64,000 nucleotides of DNA from Protoeuglena noctilucae (GCA_958009085.1 OY253673.1:434001-498000), one strand, 5' to 3'; counted from the stretch's first letter, positions 1 to 13,697 are shown. Notes: generated by a model not told the origin, from the letters alone. Program-made: numbers and translations.

Positions 1-701
1 CCCGCTCCCGCACCCTCGAGACCGCGCTGTCCGAAAGCGGGAGGCCCGCCGCGGCCCCGATCGCGGTGCCCATGGCGCGGTGGCCGTCGCAGCCCCCGGG
101 GTCCGACCGAGGGTACGACTCCCCCGAGTCGGTCATGACGGCGCCGCTGCCCGCGCGGCCCGTGGCGCGCCCGGCCCCGGAGACCTCCTGGTCGGCGCAG
201 CAGCTGGGGCCGTCCGAGGGCGAGGCGCCGGTGCTGCCGGAGGCGTCCGGCAGGGGCCCCACGGCCCGCGGGGCGCAGCGGTCGTCGCTGCCCCTGGGAG
301 ACGCGTCGCCGAAGGACGGCGCCTTCCGCGGGGTGTCGGTGTCCCTGGGCGAGCCTGCGACGAGCAGCGCCGGGGAGGACCGCCTCGAGTCGGGCTCGCC
401 GGGCATCACGACGCCCAGGAGTACTGGACCTGCGGTCCCGCCTCTGCCCCTGCCTCTGCACCCGGGCGCGCCGGGGCAGCAGGAGGAGGAGGAGCGGCGG
501 GCGAGACGGGAGCAGCGCGCTGCCGAGACGCAGGCGGCCATCATGCAGAAGCTCGAGCAGGGCTGGAGCATGGGGCAGGGCCGGCGCGTGCCGGAGCGCG
601 GGCCCTCCTTAAAGGCGACGAGCTCGCGGGGCAACCTGTCGGGGTCCCTGCCGAGCGCGGACGGCAGCCACTCGAGCCTCGGTTTCGCGCCCGGCGCCTG
701 A
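1..701 (+). CDS. 3' end of an unknown low-complexity Ser/Pro-rich protein (truncated by window start)
   Basis: Frame open from the window edge to TGA at 699-701 with GC-rich codon third positions, and a short coiled stretch (EEEERRARREQRAAETQAAIMQKLEQ). No family motif recognised. Confidence 0.55.
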   Translation, partial: RSRTLETALSESGRPAAAPIAVPMARWPSQPPGSDRGYDSPESVMTAPLPARPVARPAPETSWSAQQLGPSEGEAPVLPEASGRGPTARGAQRSSLPLGDASPKDGAFRGVSVSLGEPATSSAGEDRLESGSPGITTPRSTGPAVPPLPLPLHPGAPGQQEEEERRARREQRAAETQAAIMQKLEQGWSMGQGRRVPERGPSLKATSSRGNLSGSLPSADGSHSSLGFAPGA

Positions 702-1561
702 GCCGGCTCCGTTCCGACCCCTCCCGCGCCGTTTCCGCGGGCCTGGGGTTGTCCACTCGCGCCCTGGCGTTCCCGGCGCTCCACCTGGCCTAGCATGCCA
801 CGCTCCAGCGCCGCCTTTCACCCTCCTCTAACACAGGCGTGTCCTGGCCACGGACTGTCCATGCGTTGCACCCTCGCTCACCAGCGCACCTTCCTTTAGA
901 CCTTTGGGTCGCTCGTGGTCGGAGCGAACCGCGGGGGAGGCCCCGTGTCGCCGATGGCGAGCAAACACCATGCGGCTCTAGCCCGTCGCGTTTCGCGGCG
1001 CGCTTCACACACCTAGCTCACGTTAACGGATAGAAGAGACTCGCATTGTTGAAAGAGAGACGGACGGACAGGTCGCTTGAGAGCCCGAAGTGACAGACAA
1101 CTGAGAGTGGGGGCAACGACCTGGCCCGCTGCCGTATATTCTGGCGTCGAGGCTGGCGAGCTCACTTTCTGAAACCGGGCACAGTGTACTTGCCCACCAA
1201 ACCTTTCACCAGTACCGCAATGTCCAACGCGGGACTTCAGGCTCGCTTAGCATTAAACGTGCATAGCTGCGAGCCTCGCGCACCTCGCTAGGACCGCGCT
1301 GTTTCGCAGACGTGGTGGTGTACTTCTGTCGCTTGTGAGTCTGACTACTGGTCGTACACTGCCATTTCTTGCCTGTCCGCGCGCACACGCGCACAAGAGA
1401 TGCGACTTGTGCACGCTGGGACAGAGCACCCGCAGGACAAGTGATGGGACGGGAAGGAGCATTAAGCAAGATTTATTGACCTTTTTAACACTGCAGGGGT
1501 GCCCTGGATCCGGAAGCGAACGGATGGCGGCGACACGGGGGGGTCCCCCGGCGAGCTGGCC

Positions 1562-4500
1562 ATGGCGTCCCCTGTTCCTGCGGCGTGGCGCCTCGCTGTC
1601 GCTAGCTGCGTGTGGGTGACGGAACAAGACGATGCTCTGCTCCGTTCGGGCCAAGCGGACGTGCGCGGGATCGTCCTGGACCGCCTGCGGGACCTCTGCT
1701 GCAGCACCGGGTGCTGGCTTTCGAGCGCCGAGTACAGCGCCGTCGTCGCGGGCCACACGGACAACGCGCGGCGGCTTTCTCAGCCCAAAACGTACGAGCC
1801 GGGTGGTGCCATCGACCACCTGCTGCGGCGGAGGCGCCAGCAACTCGCACAGCTCGAAGCGGATGGTACATCTGTCGATGCTGCGGGCGAGTCTCGCTTA
1901 CAACCCGACAAGGAAGTCCACCCAGTCGATCCATCCACCAAGGCCGAGGTTCTCGCCAAGGAGCTGCGGCAGAGCATCCAGGTATGGGCACGCCATGCTC
2001 TCCACAGTGTGAGAGGGTGACCGCACACCTGGGCCCCAAGTCTGCCCTGCGCCCCCGCCACCCGCAGGAGCTGGAGGTCCTCCTGCGTCACCGCGACTTC
2101 AACATCCAGAAGCACGCCCGGCAGCTGAGCCACTTGCCATCGCTCCCGACCTATGCGGAGTTCGAGGCCCATGCTCAGCAGGACTTCGATGCCGTGCGAT
2201 GGGTCGTGGAGGCGGCCGTGCAGGCGCAGGACCTGATCGATAAGATGGGTCTCGTGGACGTTGCTGGTCGGGATGACATCCACGAGAGGGCCTTGCAGGA
2301 CATCATGTCGGTGCTCAACGGAGGGCGGCCATTGCCCAAGTGAGGGGCGGCACGCTGGTCACGGTTCCCAGCTACGGCTTACGCTCGTTTCCGATAAGTT
2401 CCTGTCACTGTTCCCCTCCCAGGCACGCCGAGGGAGACCCGTCCTGCACCCAGGGTGCGTCCCATGTCAGGACGGCGCTGGCCATCAAGTCCCAATATGC
2501 CCAGGGTCTCCAGTGTGTCCTGGAGCAAGTGGGTGAGTCCATCGCGACACGCCAGGCATGTTGGCAGGCCTTCCAGCCCACCTCATCCCCCTGCTTCCTC
2601 GCCAACCCTCTGCGATGCACCACCCTGCCCTCACCGCATTCCCCGCCCTACCCTCCACGCAGCTCCCTGCGCGCATCTGGAAGGCCCGGACGACTGCGGG
2701 CTCGCCTGGCTGTACCTACCGCAGCTCCCGCTGACGGCATCGGTGCTGTCCAGCAGCGCGGAGGCAACGCAGGGACCGACCCCTGCCGACACCACCACCG
2801 TCGACCACAGCAGAGGCGCGGCAGGGGCCGCCGCACCCAAGCCCCCCGCCCCGGGCGGTCGCGGGGCGCACCACGGGCCCCCTCCGCTGACGCTCACCGG
2901 CGCGGACGAGGCCCCGCCCGACGCGGCCCACGCCTCACGCCGCAACGTGCTGCGCGCCGGAGGCCTCGACAAGGGGCCCGTGGGTCCCCCGCCTTCCAAG
3001 GCCCTACCCGGCCCGCTGCCGATCGGCCCGGCGGCCCTGAGGCTCGAGTCGGGGCCTGGGACAAAGGGAGTCACACTGGGAGGGCCAGGCCCGCGCGGTG
3101 GCGGGGGTCCGATGAGGGCAGCGGGGGCGCCTGCACCCGCACCTGTCCCCGTTAGTGCGGTGCTAGCGTCCAGAGCGCCTGCTGCCTCGTCGGCGGAGCC
3201 CGGCAGAGCTGGGCCGCGGCCTCAGGAGCTCCCACTGCTGGGCGCTGCCGGTGGTTTGGCCCCCGCGCCTGCGCTTGGCCCAGCCACGACCCCCACGACC
3301 ACCACGGAGCGCGGTCCGTCCCCTGCAGTGCCCCAGCCGGCGCCCCCTGCGCCTTCGGGTCGCCCGGCCAGCCCCACTTGCACCCCAGCACCTTCCACCC
3401 CACGGCTGCGCGCTCCGCCCACCGTGCGCGCCCTCTCTCCCATCGGCTTCCTCTACTCCCCCACGGACCTCACAACGCCCATTAAAGGGCCCCTGATCGT
3501 TCCCGTGGTGCACTCTGCGTCCCCATCGCCAGGACCGCCCTGGCGAGGCGCATCGCCCCCACGCACTGCAGCAGCAACAGCAGGGCCGCACCCCCTGCAG
3601 GCTCCGGCGGTGCTCAGCCCCGGCGCCCCGCCTGCGGCAGATCGGCGCGGGTCGCCGTGCCTGATCGCCGGTATCTACTCGCCAGCCGATGCGGAAGGGG
3701 CGGAGGTTGGGACCCAGGCCGCGCCTGTCGGGTTCGCCCTATCGCCCTGCGACGACTCCGGGGCTGAGGAGGGTCTCTGCGCTGCTGCGGGTGTCCCTGG
3801 GAACGTGCTGCCGGAGGCTCCCTTGCGCCCAGACGGCCGGGAAAGCTGCCCAGGTGTGGCGAGGGTAGCGGGGCGGACGATGCGTGTTACCTCTCCGGTT
3901 GTTTTTGCGGGGATGCGAGGGGACCTACGATATCATACGCCATGCGTGGACCGAACGAGCTTCGTGCTTCTTGCTTACAGTGGTAGCAGGGCCGGCCGGC
4001 AAGGGTGCAATGTGCGGCGCGCCAACAGGTCCCGGCGACCTGTGCGCTGCGGGTGTCCCGGGCCCCGCGGGGGCAGTCCCAGCGCTGTCCGGGGTTGGCG
4101 TCGACCCGGCGACTGAGGGTGTCCCCGTCCCGCTGTTCCAAACCGGCAATGCTAGGCCCATCTCGGTGTCTGCTGCCGCCTGGAAGGCCGGGGCTGCGAT
4201 CCTGGGCCTCTCAGATGCCGATGTGGCGCCCATGTGCGTGGCTCCGCCGTCCACAAGCGAACCCGCACGCAACGGAGGTCGGGACACCCGGCAGGGTGAT
4301 GAGAGCCACGGCCGGCGAGGGGCGGCGGCCGCCAGCGGTGGCGAGCGGTGTGGGGCGAGCGTGAGCGGCAGAGTGGGCGGGGCTGGGTCGGGCGGGGTGG
4401 GCTCCGTGGCAGATATGCAAAAGCTGTCATCGGGTGTCGACGGCCCCATGGTTGGGGCAGGGGCCCCAGAGGTGCGCCCTGAGGCGCTTGAGGGTTCAGT

Positions 4501-7500
4501 GAAGATGGGGACGGAGGACCGGGAGCTGTTTGAGGCAGCTGCTCTGGCCTCACAGGCGCTGGGGATGCCGCGATCGGGCGATGCGGGTGTCAGGAACGAG
4601 GAGCCTGCGGCACGAGACGGGGCTGCGTGGGGCCCAGGTCCCGTGGGGCAGCATGTGAGCATCGCGTGCCGCATATGTGACCCCTTGTCCACCTCCTGTT
4701 CTCTGTCCCTGGGTTGGACCCCGTGTGTGCTGCCTTGGCACCGCTTGACTATCTCTGTATCACTCCCTCATGCAGGGGGACACGGTGGCGTTGGAGGGTT
4801 TCCAAACAGCATGCGGGGCGCAGGTGCGGGTGTCGAGGTCAGCGCACCGCCGCGCTCAGCAGATGTTCGGGGACATGGATATCAGTGGCAGCGGCGCCCC
4901 CGATGCTGGCAAGGGTGGGGCGGGGGGCGAGGCTGCGGCTGGGACTGGGCCCGTGCTACCCTCACCAGCCGTGCGCCCTGGTCCGGAAGCGGTGGGGGCG
5001 TCAGACGGGGCGCAGCGGCCAGGGTCGGTGCGCCAGGGTCTCGGGAGTGGCACACCTGGGTGTGGGAACGTCGGGCCAGGTGTCGCGAGCAGGGTCGAGC
5101 TCGCAGGCTTCCAGACGGCTGCGGGGGCCGCCATTTCGGTGTCAGAGGAGTCGCTTCGCGTCGGCAGGGCGCTGCTGGAGGCGTTGGGTGATGGGGCGGT
5201 TAACGTGGGGGGGTCACGAGGCGGGAGGGACAGTGACGTGGGGCAGGGCTCAGGGGCAAACCGAGCCTCAGGGACGGGGGAGATGGGCAAAGGCAGGCGG
5301 GAGGGGGAGGCTGGGACATCGCATTCCGCCCGCGCATGCGGCAAGGGTGGCGCCTGCGAGTTGGCACGGGGGTCATCGGCTGAGGCGGTTGCTGGGACCG
5401 GCCCGACCGATGGTGCCCCTGAGGCAGCGCTCGGCTTCTCCACCGCGGGTGGGCGTCAGATATCGGTGTCTGCGGAGTCCATGGCGAAAGCGCGGGCCAT
5501 GCTCGGGATGGATATAGCACCAGACCCGGCGCCGGCGTCGGCGCGAGGCGAGGGCGGGGACGCAGAGGCGGGCGCGCCTGCTGCGGGGGGCGCCGGCGCG
5601 GGCGGCGGGGGCGGGGCGTTCGCCTTCCCTACGCTCGATGGCGCGCGAGGCTCCCCCGCGCCCCCTGCCACCCCCGCCCCGGGCTGCGTCGACCTGCCGC
5701 TCTTCACGATGGCAAACGGGCGCTCGGCGTCCGTCTCCGCCACCGCCCTGGCCGCCGCGCGCGCCATGTTCGCGGACATAACGCCGCATGCCACGGGCCC
5801 AGCGCGCGTCCCTGGCTCGGACCTGACGCCTGGGCGACCTTCCGCCCCAGAGGCGGGACGCAGCCCCGCACCGGGCGCGGCGACCGCAGGCGCTCGTGCG
5901 GACCCGCAGGATTCGATCCCTTTCCTGGGGCTCACGCCGCTGCGCCACGACGCTCCGGGGACCCCCGCCCCCGCCACGCCCACGCCCTTCGTCACCCCAT
6001 TCAAGGCAGGCGCTGGACCGACTCCCTCAGAGGCCCCGACCGTCGGCCGCAGGCCCGGCACCGGGCGCCGAGTCCTGCGCACCCCCGCGGCCGGCAAGCG
6101 CAATCGCTTCGTTTCTCCGCTGCCACGGGCACGCCCCGGCACGACCGACGCACCCACCCCCGCCACTGCACCCTTCGCCGCCGCCCCTCGCACCCCGCCC
6201 CGCCCTCCTGTCCACGACCTCTACCAAAGCCGCCCCACCGCTCGCCCGACCCTGGGAGCCTTTCTGCAGTCCTGCCCTGCTGGCCCAGGCACCCCGCCTG
6301 CTCCGAGCTGGCTGCCGGTGTCGATGCCCGCCGCCGAGGCCTTCCGATGCGGGGCGGACGCCTTCGGACCCCGAGAGGCCCACCAGGCCTTGCTCTCTGC
6401 GGGGGCCTCGTCGCGGCTCTTGGAGCTTCGCTGGACCGCCCACCATTTCGCCATGGTTGTGTGGCGCATGGCCCTCCGGGACCTGGCGGGGGCGTCGTGG
6501 GGCAACCGCCCCGGCCGCGGCGTGTGGCTCAACCGCGCTTGTATCCTCGACCGGCTGCTGTACCGGTGCGAGAGGGAGCTCGCCAGGGGCCACAGGCCCG
6601 CCCTGAGGGCCGTGGCTCAGGGCGACGCGGCAGCGGTACGGCCCACGGTGCTGCAAGTGACCGAGGTCGGGGTGCCGACGCCGGGGTCGCTGGGGGTGGA
6701 GGTGACGGACGGGTGGTACCGGATGAGGGCAACAGGGGACGGCCACCTCTCACGCCTCGCCGCATTGGGCCGGCTGGGCCCGGGATCCAAGATCCTCGTG
6801 TGTGGGGCCGTGCTGCTCTGCGACAGGCCCGGGCACCCTCTGGATGTCTTCGACTCCGCCCGGCTGCGCATCCACGGCAACGGGTGCCGGCCGGCGCCCC
6901 CGTCAGCCACGCTGGGGTTCGTGCGGGGGGGGCCGGGGGTCGCGCCCCTGCACGCGGTGGCGGCGGACGGCGGCCCCGTGCCCGCCCTCGCGGCCGCCGT
7001 CTGCGCCGTGGGCCCGCTGCTGTACGTAGAGGGGGGCGTCGCGCGCACGGCGCGCGCGGAGGCGGCGGCGGCGGCCGCGCACCAGAGGGCGGTCGAGACG
7101 GCCGCGGAGCACGTTTCGGAGATGGTGCGGCGCGAGGAGGTGGAGCGCAGCCGGCAGCTGCTCCGGAGCCTGGGACGCGCCCCCCGGCCAACAGACACGG
7201 CGGCGGTGCTGCACGCGGCGGCGGTGCTGGGGTGCGAGGACGGCGCGGGAGGGGCGTCCCAGAGCGCGGAGGCGAGCCGGGCTGACGTGCAAGCCTACGC
7301 AGCGGAGAGGTGAGGGGCCAAAAAGGCATGCACTGGTGGGGGTGCGTCTTGTCTAGTTGCTTGGACACAGCCTGCGTCGCCCCATCAGATAGACAGCGTC
7401 ATTGGTCACCTCAGCTCTGCCGCCGTCAATGATATCCCGCTTGCACCTGCCTGGCGTAGCTCGCGTTCGGACTTCATGCTGTTGCTGTATCGTTTTTCAC

Positions 7501-9887
7501 CTCTGCAGGGAGCGTGCGCTTGGGGAGGAGTTGCAGTCGCGGATGCGCAGTGCCCTCTCCGCACAGGGCCTGCGCAAGGAGCGCCACCCGATGCCCGTGG
7601 TGCTGGTGGAACTGGGGTCCCTGCGCCACACGCCCCGCGCCTGCACTGCGACGGTGGCGCAGGACAGCAGCGCGCCTGCGCCACCCACCACCCCTGCCCT
7701 CGACTCCGCCAGCGGGGCTGAGCCACGCGCTCTTCCCGATGCCGAGCCGGGGTGCGGGAACGGGGCGGATGCGGCAGCTTCGACTCACAGAGATGCTGGC
7801 GACGCGGACGGAGGCATGGACGTCGACGCTGACGCAGGGCCATCTTGCGCTCCCACGGCTGTGAAGATGGGAGCTCCGGACGCCCCTGCACCCACGAAAC
7901 GCCTCCATGACAGCTTTAGCGATGGCGCCAGAGCGGAGGGCGTCGGTGGGGCGGTGGGGCAGCCCGCAATCTCCGTCGCGCCTGCACCGAAGCGCCGTCG
8001 GGGTCTGTCGCGCCCCGGGGAGCCTCCCAGGGCCATCAACGTGGCGGCGGTGGCCGAGAGCATCCGGCGGATCATGTGCGAGGGCGGAGAGGACGCGCTG
8101 GACAGTGGGGACGTGGCTGTGGCCGGCGGGGCTGCCGCAGGGCTACCATCGGCGGGGCGGGTGGCGGGTGGGTCCGAAGTGCTTGGTGGCACTACTGCTT
8201 CCAAGCTCACCCCCGCGCGGTCGACAGCCCCCACGCCACTGACGCATCGCATGGGTGCGATCGCGAGCAGGGAGCCCCCCGCACCGGCCCAGCGGCCGCC
8301 GGCCCTCGGAAGCGCTGCGCCGCAAGGCCTCTCCAGGCAGAGCACCGCGGCGCCTGCGGCCCTCAACGGGGGTGCCCTGGGTGCGGGTGTGCGTGGCACG
8401 AGCAACGTGCCAGGGCGGCAGAGGAGTGGCGAGGAGGGGACCGTGGCTTACCTGGAGCTGGAGTGCGTGGACGGCACCGTGCCACCCACCCTGACACGCG
8501 GTGCCGTCCTCCTCCTCTCCGCCGTCACGCCCTCCCCGGCCCTCCCGTCGCTCTCCGGCCTCGCCCCGGTCTCTCGCCTCGGCCAGGGCGACGCGCGGCC
8601 GGTGCTGCTCCGTGCGGGCCGGGCGTCCCGGGTGCAAGTGCTGGGCGGGGGCGTGGCGTCGCTGCCAAAACACCTGCAGGCGACGTGCCCGGCCGTGCCC
8701 CTGGCGACCGTCGCGGAGCTCCCCAGGCTCCCCGCCAGCGCCCGCTTCGACTTGGTGGGCCTGGTGGTGTGCGTGGGGCCTCAGTTCGAGGTCCCGGCCA
8801 GGTCGAGGGGCCGAGGGGGCCAGGCGGGGATGGCGCAGTGGGTGTTTCTGGCGGATGGCAGCCGTGCGGACGGGGAGACCCGGCGAGGGGTGCAGGGCGC
8901 GTGCATCGATGGGGAGGACGAGGTACGCGGTCATATGGCGGAGGATGCACGCGGTGATGCGGGCGCGGGTCAAGGCCCCGAGGGTGGCCCGTCCGAGCTA
9001 GGCAGTAGCCAAGCGGACGAGGGCAGCGACGCCGCGTGCACTCCCCCGGCTGACCTCCTCCTTCCCTCGACGGAGGTGGTGCCGGACACGCCTCAGCCGC
9101 TGGCGCCCTGTGGGGCGCGCGAGGGTCTCGAGACGGGCGGCATTGCAGCTGCGGATCGGGCGCAGGGGGCTCTGGCGACGGGGCAGGGAGGGCATGGGGA
9201 CGCCAGCTCTCCTGCGCTCGCCGCTGGCGCAGGCGTGGGGCCGGGTGGTGGTGAGGTGCCTGGTGGGGAAGCAGTGGCCGCCACGCAGGTCGCGTCGCAG
9301 GGTCTCCCGGGTGCTGGCGAGCGAGGCGCCAGTGACAGAGGTGCTAGTGATAGTGGGGGAGCATGTGGCTTGGATTCCTCCAGCAGCCCCAAGGCAGGCG
9401 GGGTGCCTGGGGTGGACAGGCCTCCGGGAGGCTTCACGGCGCTCATGATCGTGGGTCCCCCCGAGGCTGCGCCGTTCGTGGACGCGAGCGCGGTGCAGAA
9501 CGTTCTGCACGTGACGGACGTGGTGCGGGGGCAGGAAGACGCAGAGCACGGGGTGTGGCGGTGCAGCGCGACGGCCCTGACGACGGTCGCCGTGGTGCGG
9601 CCCAGCCTGGCCGGAACAGCGGCTCGGGGGCAGCTGGCAAGGAATGGTGGCAGGTGCGCGTGCTGTGGCAGGTGCGCTGCGCCATGGCTGTCCCGTGGGA
9701 GTGTTCGTGGCAGGCATACCCACCACGGCCTGTCCCGGATGTGTGCAGGCAACCACCGGCGCGTGCGGGGCGGGAGGGGCTGGTGGCGGACCGTGCTGCC
9801 CGGGTGGGCGAGTGGGCGCGGAGTGAGGAAGGCGCACGGGAGCTGCAGGGCATGTGCCTGAAGATCAAATCCATGCTGGGTCTTTAA
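1562..9887 (+). CDS. BRCA2: BRCA2 homologue, about 2,490 aa, 8 exons
   Basis: Phase-compatible exons 1562-1981, 2068-2339, 2423-2532, 2663-3853, 3981-4654, 4776-7309, 7509-9653, 9749-9887. Five BRC repeats (FQTGNARPISVS, FQTACGAQVRVS, FQTAAGAAISVS, FSTAGGRQISVS, FTMANGRSASVS), helical domain (WTAHHFAMVVWRMA...LLYRCERE), OB1 (EVTDGWY), and OB3-like FDLVGLVVCVG...QWVFLAD. Confidence 0.92.
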
Positions 9888-10259
9888 TGAAACTAGGAGC
9901 ACTTGCAGGGTGTGCCTGGATTGTGTAGGAAGTCATTGCCGCACTGTAGGTTGAACCTGCGACAAGAGTAGGATAAAAAGACGTTCCGCTGTCGATCACG
10001 GGTGCTGCTTTCACGGTCACGGGGACAGGGGGCCCTGGCTTTGCTAGCTGTCTCCTGCAAAGCGAAGAAACTCTAGAAGGTTGGATTTCCACCGCCGGCG
10101 CATCGCGGTCAGTAGATGCGAGGTCCCGAAGACAGGGGCAGTTGCATTGCGGACAGGGAGGGGAAGGGGAGGCCATGCTCGGCGACGTGAGTTTGTGCCT
10201 CGATTCACAGGCCGGGAGCCCCTCTTGGATCGGAACGGTGTTGCGTTTGGCACATTTAT

Positions 10260-12380
10260 ATGAATTTTTATGTATGTAAGCACTCCGAGCGCTGTCCGCG
10301 CCGCTCAAGGGCCCATGTTGGAGGCCGCAAACGCCGCAAACATTGCTTGTCGCAGGGGGCCCTCCCGGGTCTGTCGGAAGACCCGGAGCTCGTCGCGGTC
10401 GATGACTTCTTCCTAGACTATCTCGCGACGCTTGAGGACCAAGCGGGTGCCCCGGAAACGATTCCTCCTGCCCCTGTCGCGGGCGCGCCCCTCGTCGCCG
10501 TGCCGGGCGTGGCCGGGGGCAACTTTCACGTGGCCGCGGGCGACGCAGACGAGGGCTCTCCTCACAGCAGCTTCTCGCCAAGTTCGGAGCCGTCCGGGAC
10601 CAAGCGCAAACGCTCCAGCGCCGGAGCGGCCCAGTCCAAGGCCAGTGCACGATACCGCACGGCGAAGCAGCAGTTGCTGAACAAGCAGGTGAGTGGAGAA
10701 GTGGCGCACGGGATGCTCGCCATGCCGGGCCACGTGAACGGCTTGCATGACTCGTCGCGCGGCTCCGCGTCGTCGCAGGCCCAGCAGCGGTACCGTGAGC
10801 GCAAGAAGCAGCGGCAGGCGGAGCTGGAGGTCGCGGTGGAGCAGCTGAGCCGCAAGGTGGAGGAGCTCAGGGAGGCGCATGCTCACGCGGAGGCGCTTCG
10901 GGCCAAGAACGACGAGCTGCAGAAGGCGCTGCTGGCGCGGGACGCTGAGATCCAGCGGCTCAAGGTCGAGCGCGGGGAGGTGTCAGGAAGCGTCAGCGAG
11001 CGGTGGTGCGACGCGCTGCCGGACCCTCCGGGGGTGAGCGGCCGCGGATGGCAGACACGGGCGCGTGCGAGCCTAGCGAGTCAAGCAGCTGGCCCAGGTG
11101 GACCCTGAACCGACGAGATGCTTTCGCTACTTGTGCAGGAGCCGTGCAGTGCGGGCGCCTCGGGTGCTGCGACTGCGGAGGACGCACCATCAAGCGCACC
11201 GGTCGGGGCGAACCCCGAGTGTGCTGCCAAGCTCAACCGGCTCTTCACCGAGCAAATCCGGGAACTGCGCGCTTTCTGGGAGACGCATGACATCGACGCT
11301 CACATGGACGGGTCGGATGGCCCCATGCCCAAGGCAAGCGATGCAATGCACCAGCTTGCGTGCCGCAGGGTGTCTGCCGCAGGGTGTCTGGCATAACTTG
11401 GTCTCTCTCGCGCGATTCCCGCGCCCTCCCTCTCCTTGGTGGATGTGGGCGTCGACAGCATAGCACCATGAGCTGTCTTGTTTGTAACCCAAACAGCACC
11501 CTTTAGTCAACTCGCTGCCCCCAGGATGTGGACGAGGCAGTGACCAAGCGATTGGAGAACATCTGCTTGACGTGCCTGTATACGCTCCGCGCCGAGGGCA
11601 TGCGCCTGCAAGACGTGGTGGAGCGGCCCGACTTCAAGCACGGGCGCCTGCCACGGGGCAGCCAGCGCGACCTGTGGGTGCGCGTCGTGGGCGGCCTCCG
11701 CTTGACGCCCGAGCAGACCTCGCACGTCCTCTTCCTGCGCGACCGCACCCTCAAGGCCCTCCGGGAGATCTACATCGAGCGGCAGGCGCTCAACATGGAC
11801 GCCATCACGCTGCTGGCACCCCAGGTCCGTGACCTGACCGAGTCCCTGAGGACCGGTGCCGACGCTCCCGGCGCGCCCGCTGAGGCGCCCCTCGTGGAGC
11901 GACAGGAGGCGAATCACAGGGTCGCGGGCGTGGTGGAGGCCATCCGCGAGAATTTGCGAAAGGAGCAGCGGGCGCTGGCGGAGCTGCAGGTCGTCGTCGT
12001 CAAGTGAGCGTGGTGTGAGGCTGGGGTGTGACAGGGGGGCAAGAGGGCTTGAAGTGAGGGCAGGGTGTAAAGGCAGGATGTGAGACTGCGGTGTGGAGTG
12101 GGTCGTGGCAGACGTGATGGGTTGGGCGAGAACGGGCCGTCCTCTCATGCTGCATCTGCGATGTGTCCGCAGGAAGGTCTTCACTCCCGTGCAGGCCTGC
12201 AAGGCCATGCTGGAGTCGTATCCGTTCCACTGCGACGTCTTGTCGCTGGCCAACGCGGTGGCGCTCACGACGAGGGGCAGCAACGCAGAGGGCGGGCAGG
12301 ACAGCTCCGCGGGGGCGTCGACGCCGGCTCCGGAGGAGGGAGTGCGGCCCTGCCTGACGCACACCGTCCCCGCCACTTGA
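10260..12380 (+). CDS. bZIP transcription factor (green-algal type)
   Basis: Basic region NKQ|AQQRYRERKK followed by a leucine zipper (LEVAVEQLSRKVEEL...). C-terminal exon KVFTPVQACKAMLESYPFHCDVLSLANAV. Start codon uncertain. Confidence 0.8.
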
Positions 12381-12807
12381 GTCAGGGCGCACGCTGCCTT
12401 GGTTGCGCGCATCCTCGCCATCTCTGCGTCATGCACCTCCACCACCAAAGTCTGCTGCCTTTTGTTCGATTTTGTGCTGCGGCAGAGCAAGTCACGATCG
12501 CTCCTTCCCCGCCCTTGGTCCGCACGCCCTCCTCGCACGACCGCCGTTGAGCGGAGGAGCCCTGGCGCGGCATGCACCCTTCTTCGCCCCGCCAGTCATA
12601 CGCCGTGTCGTTGTGGCAAGTTTGTTGCCATCTGTGCCATTCAGTCCAGCTTCACCACCGGCGCCACACCCGCGCATCTCGCAACCCTATCCACTCCTTT
12701 AGTCATTTGCTATGCGCCCAGTCGTGCCCGTCGTCGCCTCTCACACAACATAGTGACTAGTCACCGTGCGAACTCGCTTGAATCCTTCCAACGTCCAGCT
12801 AACCTCA

Positions 12808-13697
12808 TCATTGAAAGCACTCAATCAGCTCGCACCCGACGTACCGGAACTTGAGCCCCGTCCGAATCTGCTCGAGCCGCTTGCGCTGCAGGCCCCCGTC
12901 CGTGACGGGCTGCGTGATGGGCCACACGTACTTGACACCCCCAGCAATGCTGCGCTGCAGCACGAGCGCCCCTGGCCGGTCGCCTTCCCAGTCCCGGTCC
13001 TCCACTCCGGGTTTCATAAGGAATTCCACCCGATCGAATCCCCACACAGACGGCACGGCTAGCCTGCAGGAGCAGGTCCGGCACAGCCACGGGTGTCGGG
13101 CTTGCCTCTCCCGTCCATGGCCTCATGAGCGCCACATATAAAGCCCCGGCGATGGCCGGACTCTCACACCTTAGACATCCAGGCCCTGGCGCCCAGACCA
13201 GGACGGATGCTCACCTCAGGTACACAGTGCCTGGCCCCGCTGCATCCGGCTCCTGGGCCTCCACGGTGGCGCCAGCGAACTGTCCCAGCACGTACGCGGT
13301 GAGAGCGCGCGCCACATCGTCCACAGAGAAGTCTTCTGGGGCCCTGCATGCGACCATGTTCATGCCGATAAGCACGCACGCCATCGCCGGCAGCATCGTG
13401 GTCCCTTCCATGACATGCGACTGACCTCCACGGAGGGCTGTAGGTGTCGTTGGCGAGGGAGGAGGACGAGGAGCAGTTGGGGATTGCGTTGGGGCAGCGT
13501 CGAATGCGCCCGGCGTCCAGACCGTACTCGATGAAGTTGGCCTCCTGATACGGCGTCAGAGGGGCCGCCTGGCTTGGATCGGGACAGCTGGTCACCAGCG
13601 CCAGGCTGACGATCGCAGCCACAGCTTTGCTCGGGGATGGGGCAGGGCAGAGGCGAGGCGCAGAAGTGCTCGGCGCACACTGCAGTCCTGACCGCAT
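12808..13697 (-). CDS. DUF1499-family plastid/thylakoid protein
   Basis: Transit-like N-terminus, then GRIRRCPNAIPNCSSSSS...YSPPW, DRVEFL, and D..LQRKRLEQIRTGL. Three exons. Confidence 0.75.

Noticed and set aside
702..1560. Lower-GC intergenic stretch as a possible ncRNA or small gene
   Set aside because: No recognisable RNA structure, repeat or coding signal. It is consistent with UTR and promoter sequence.
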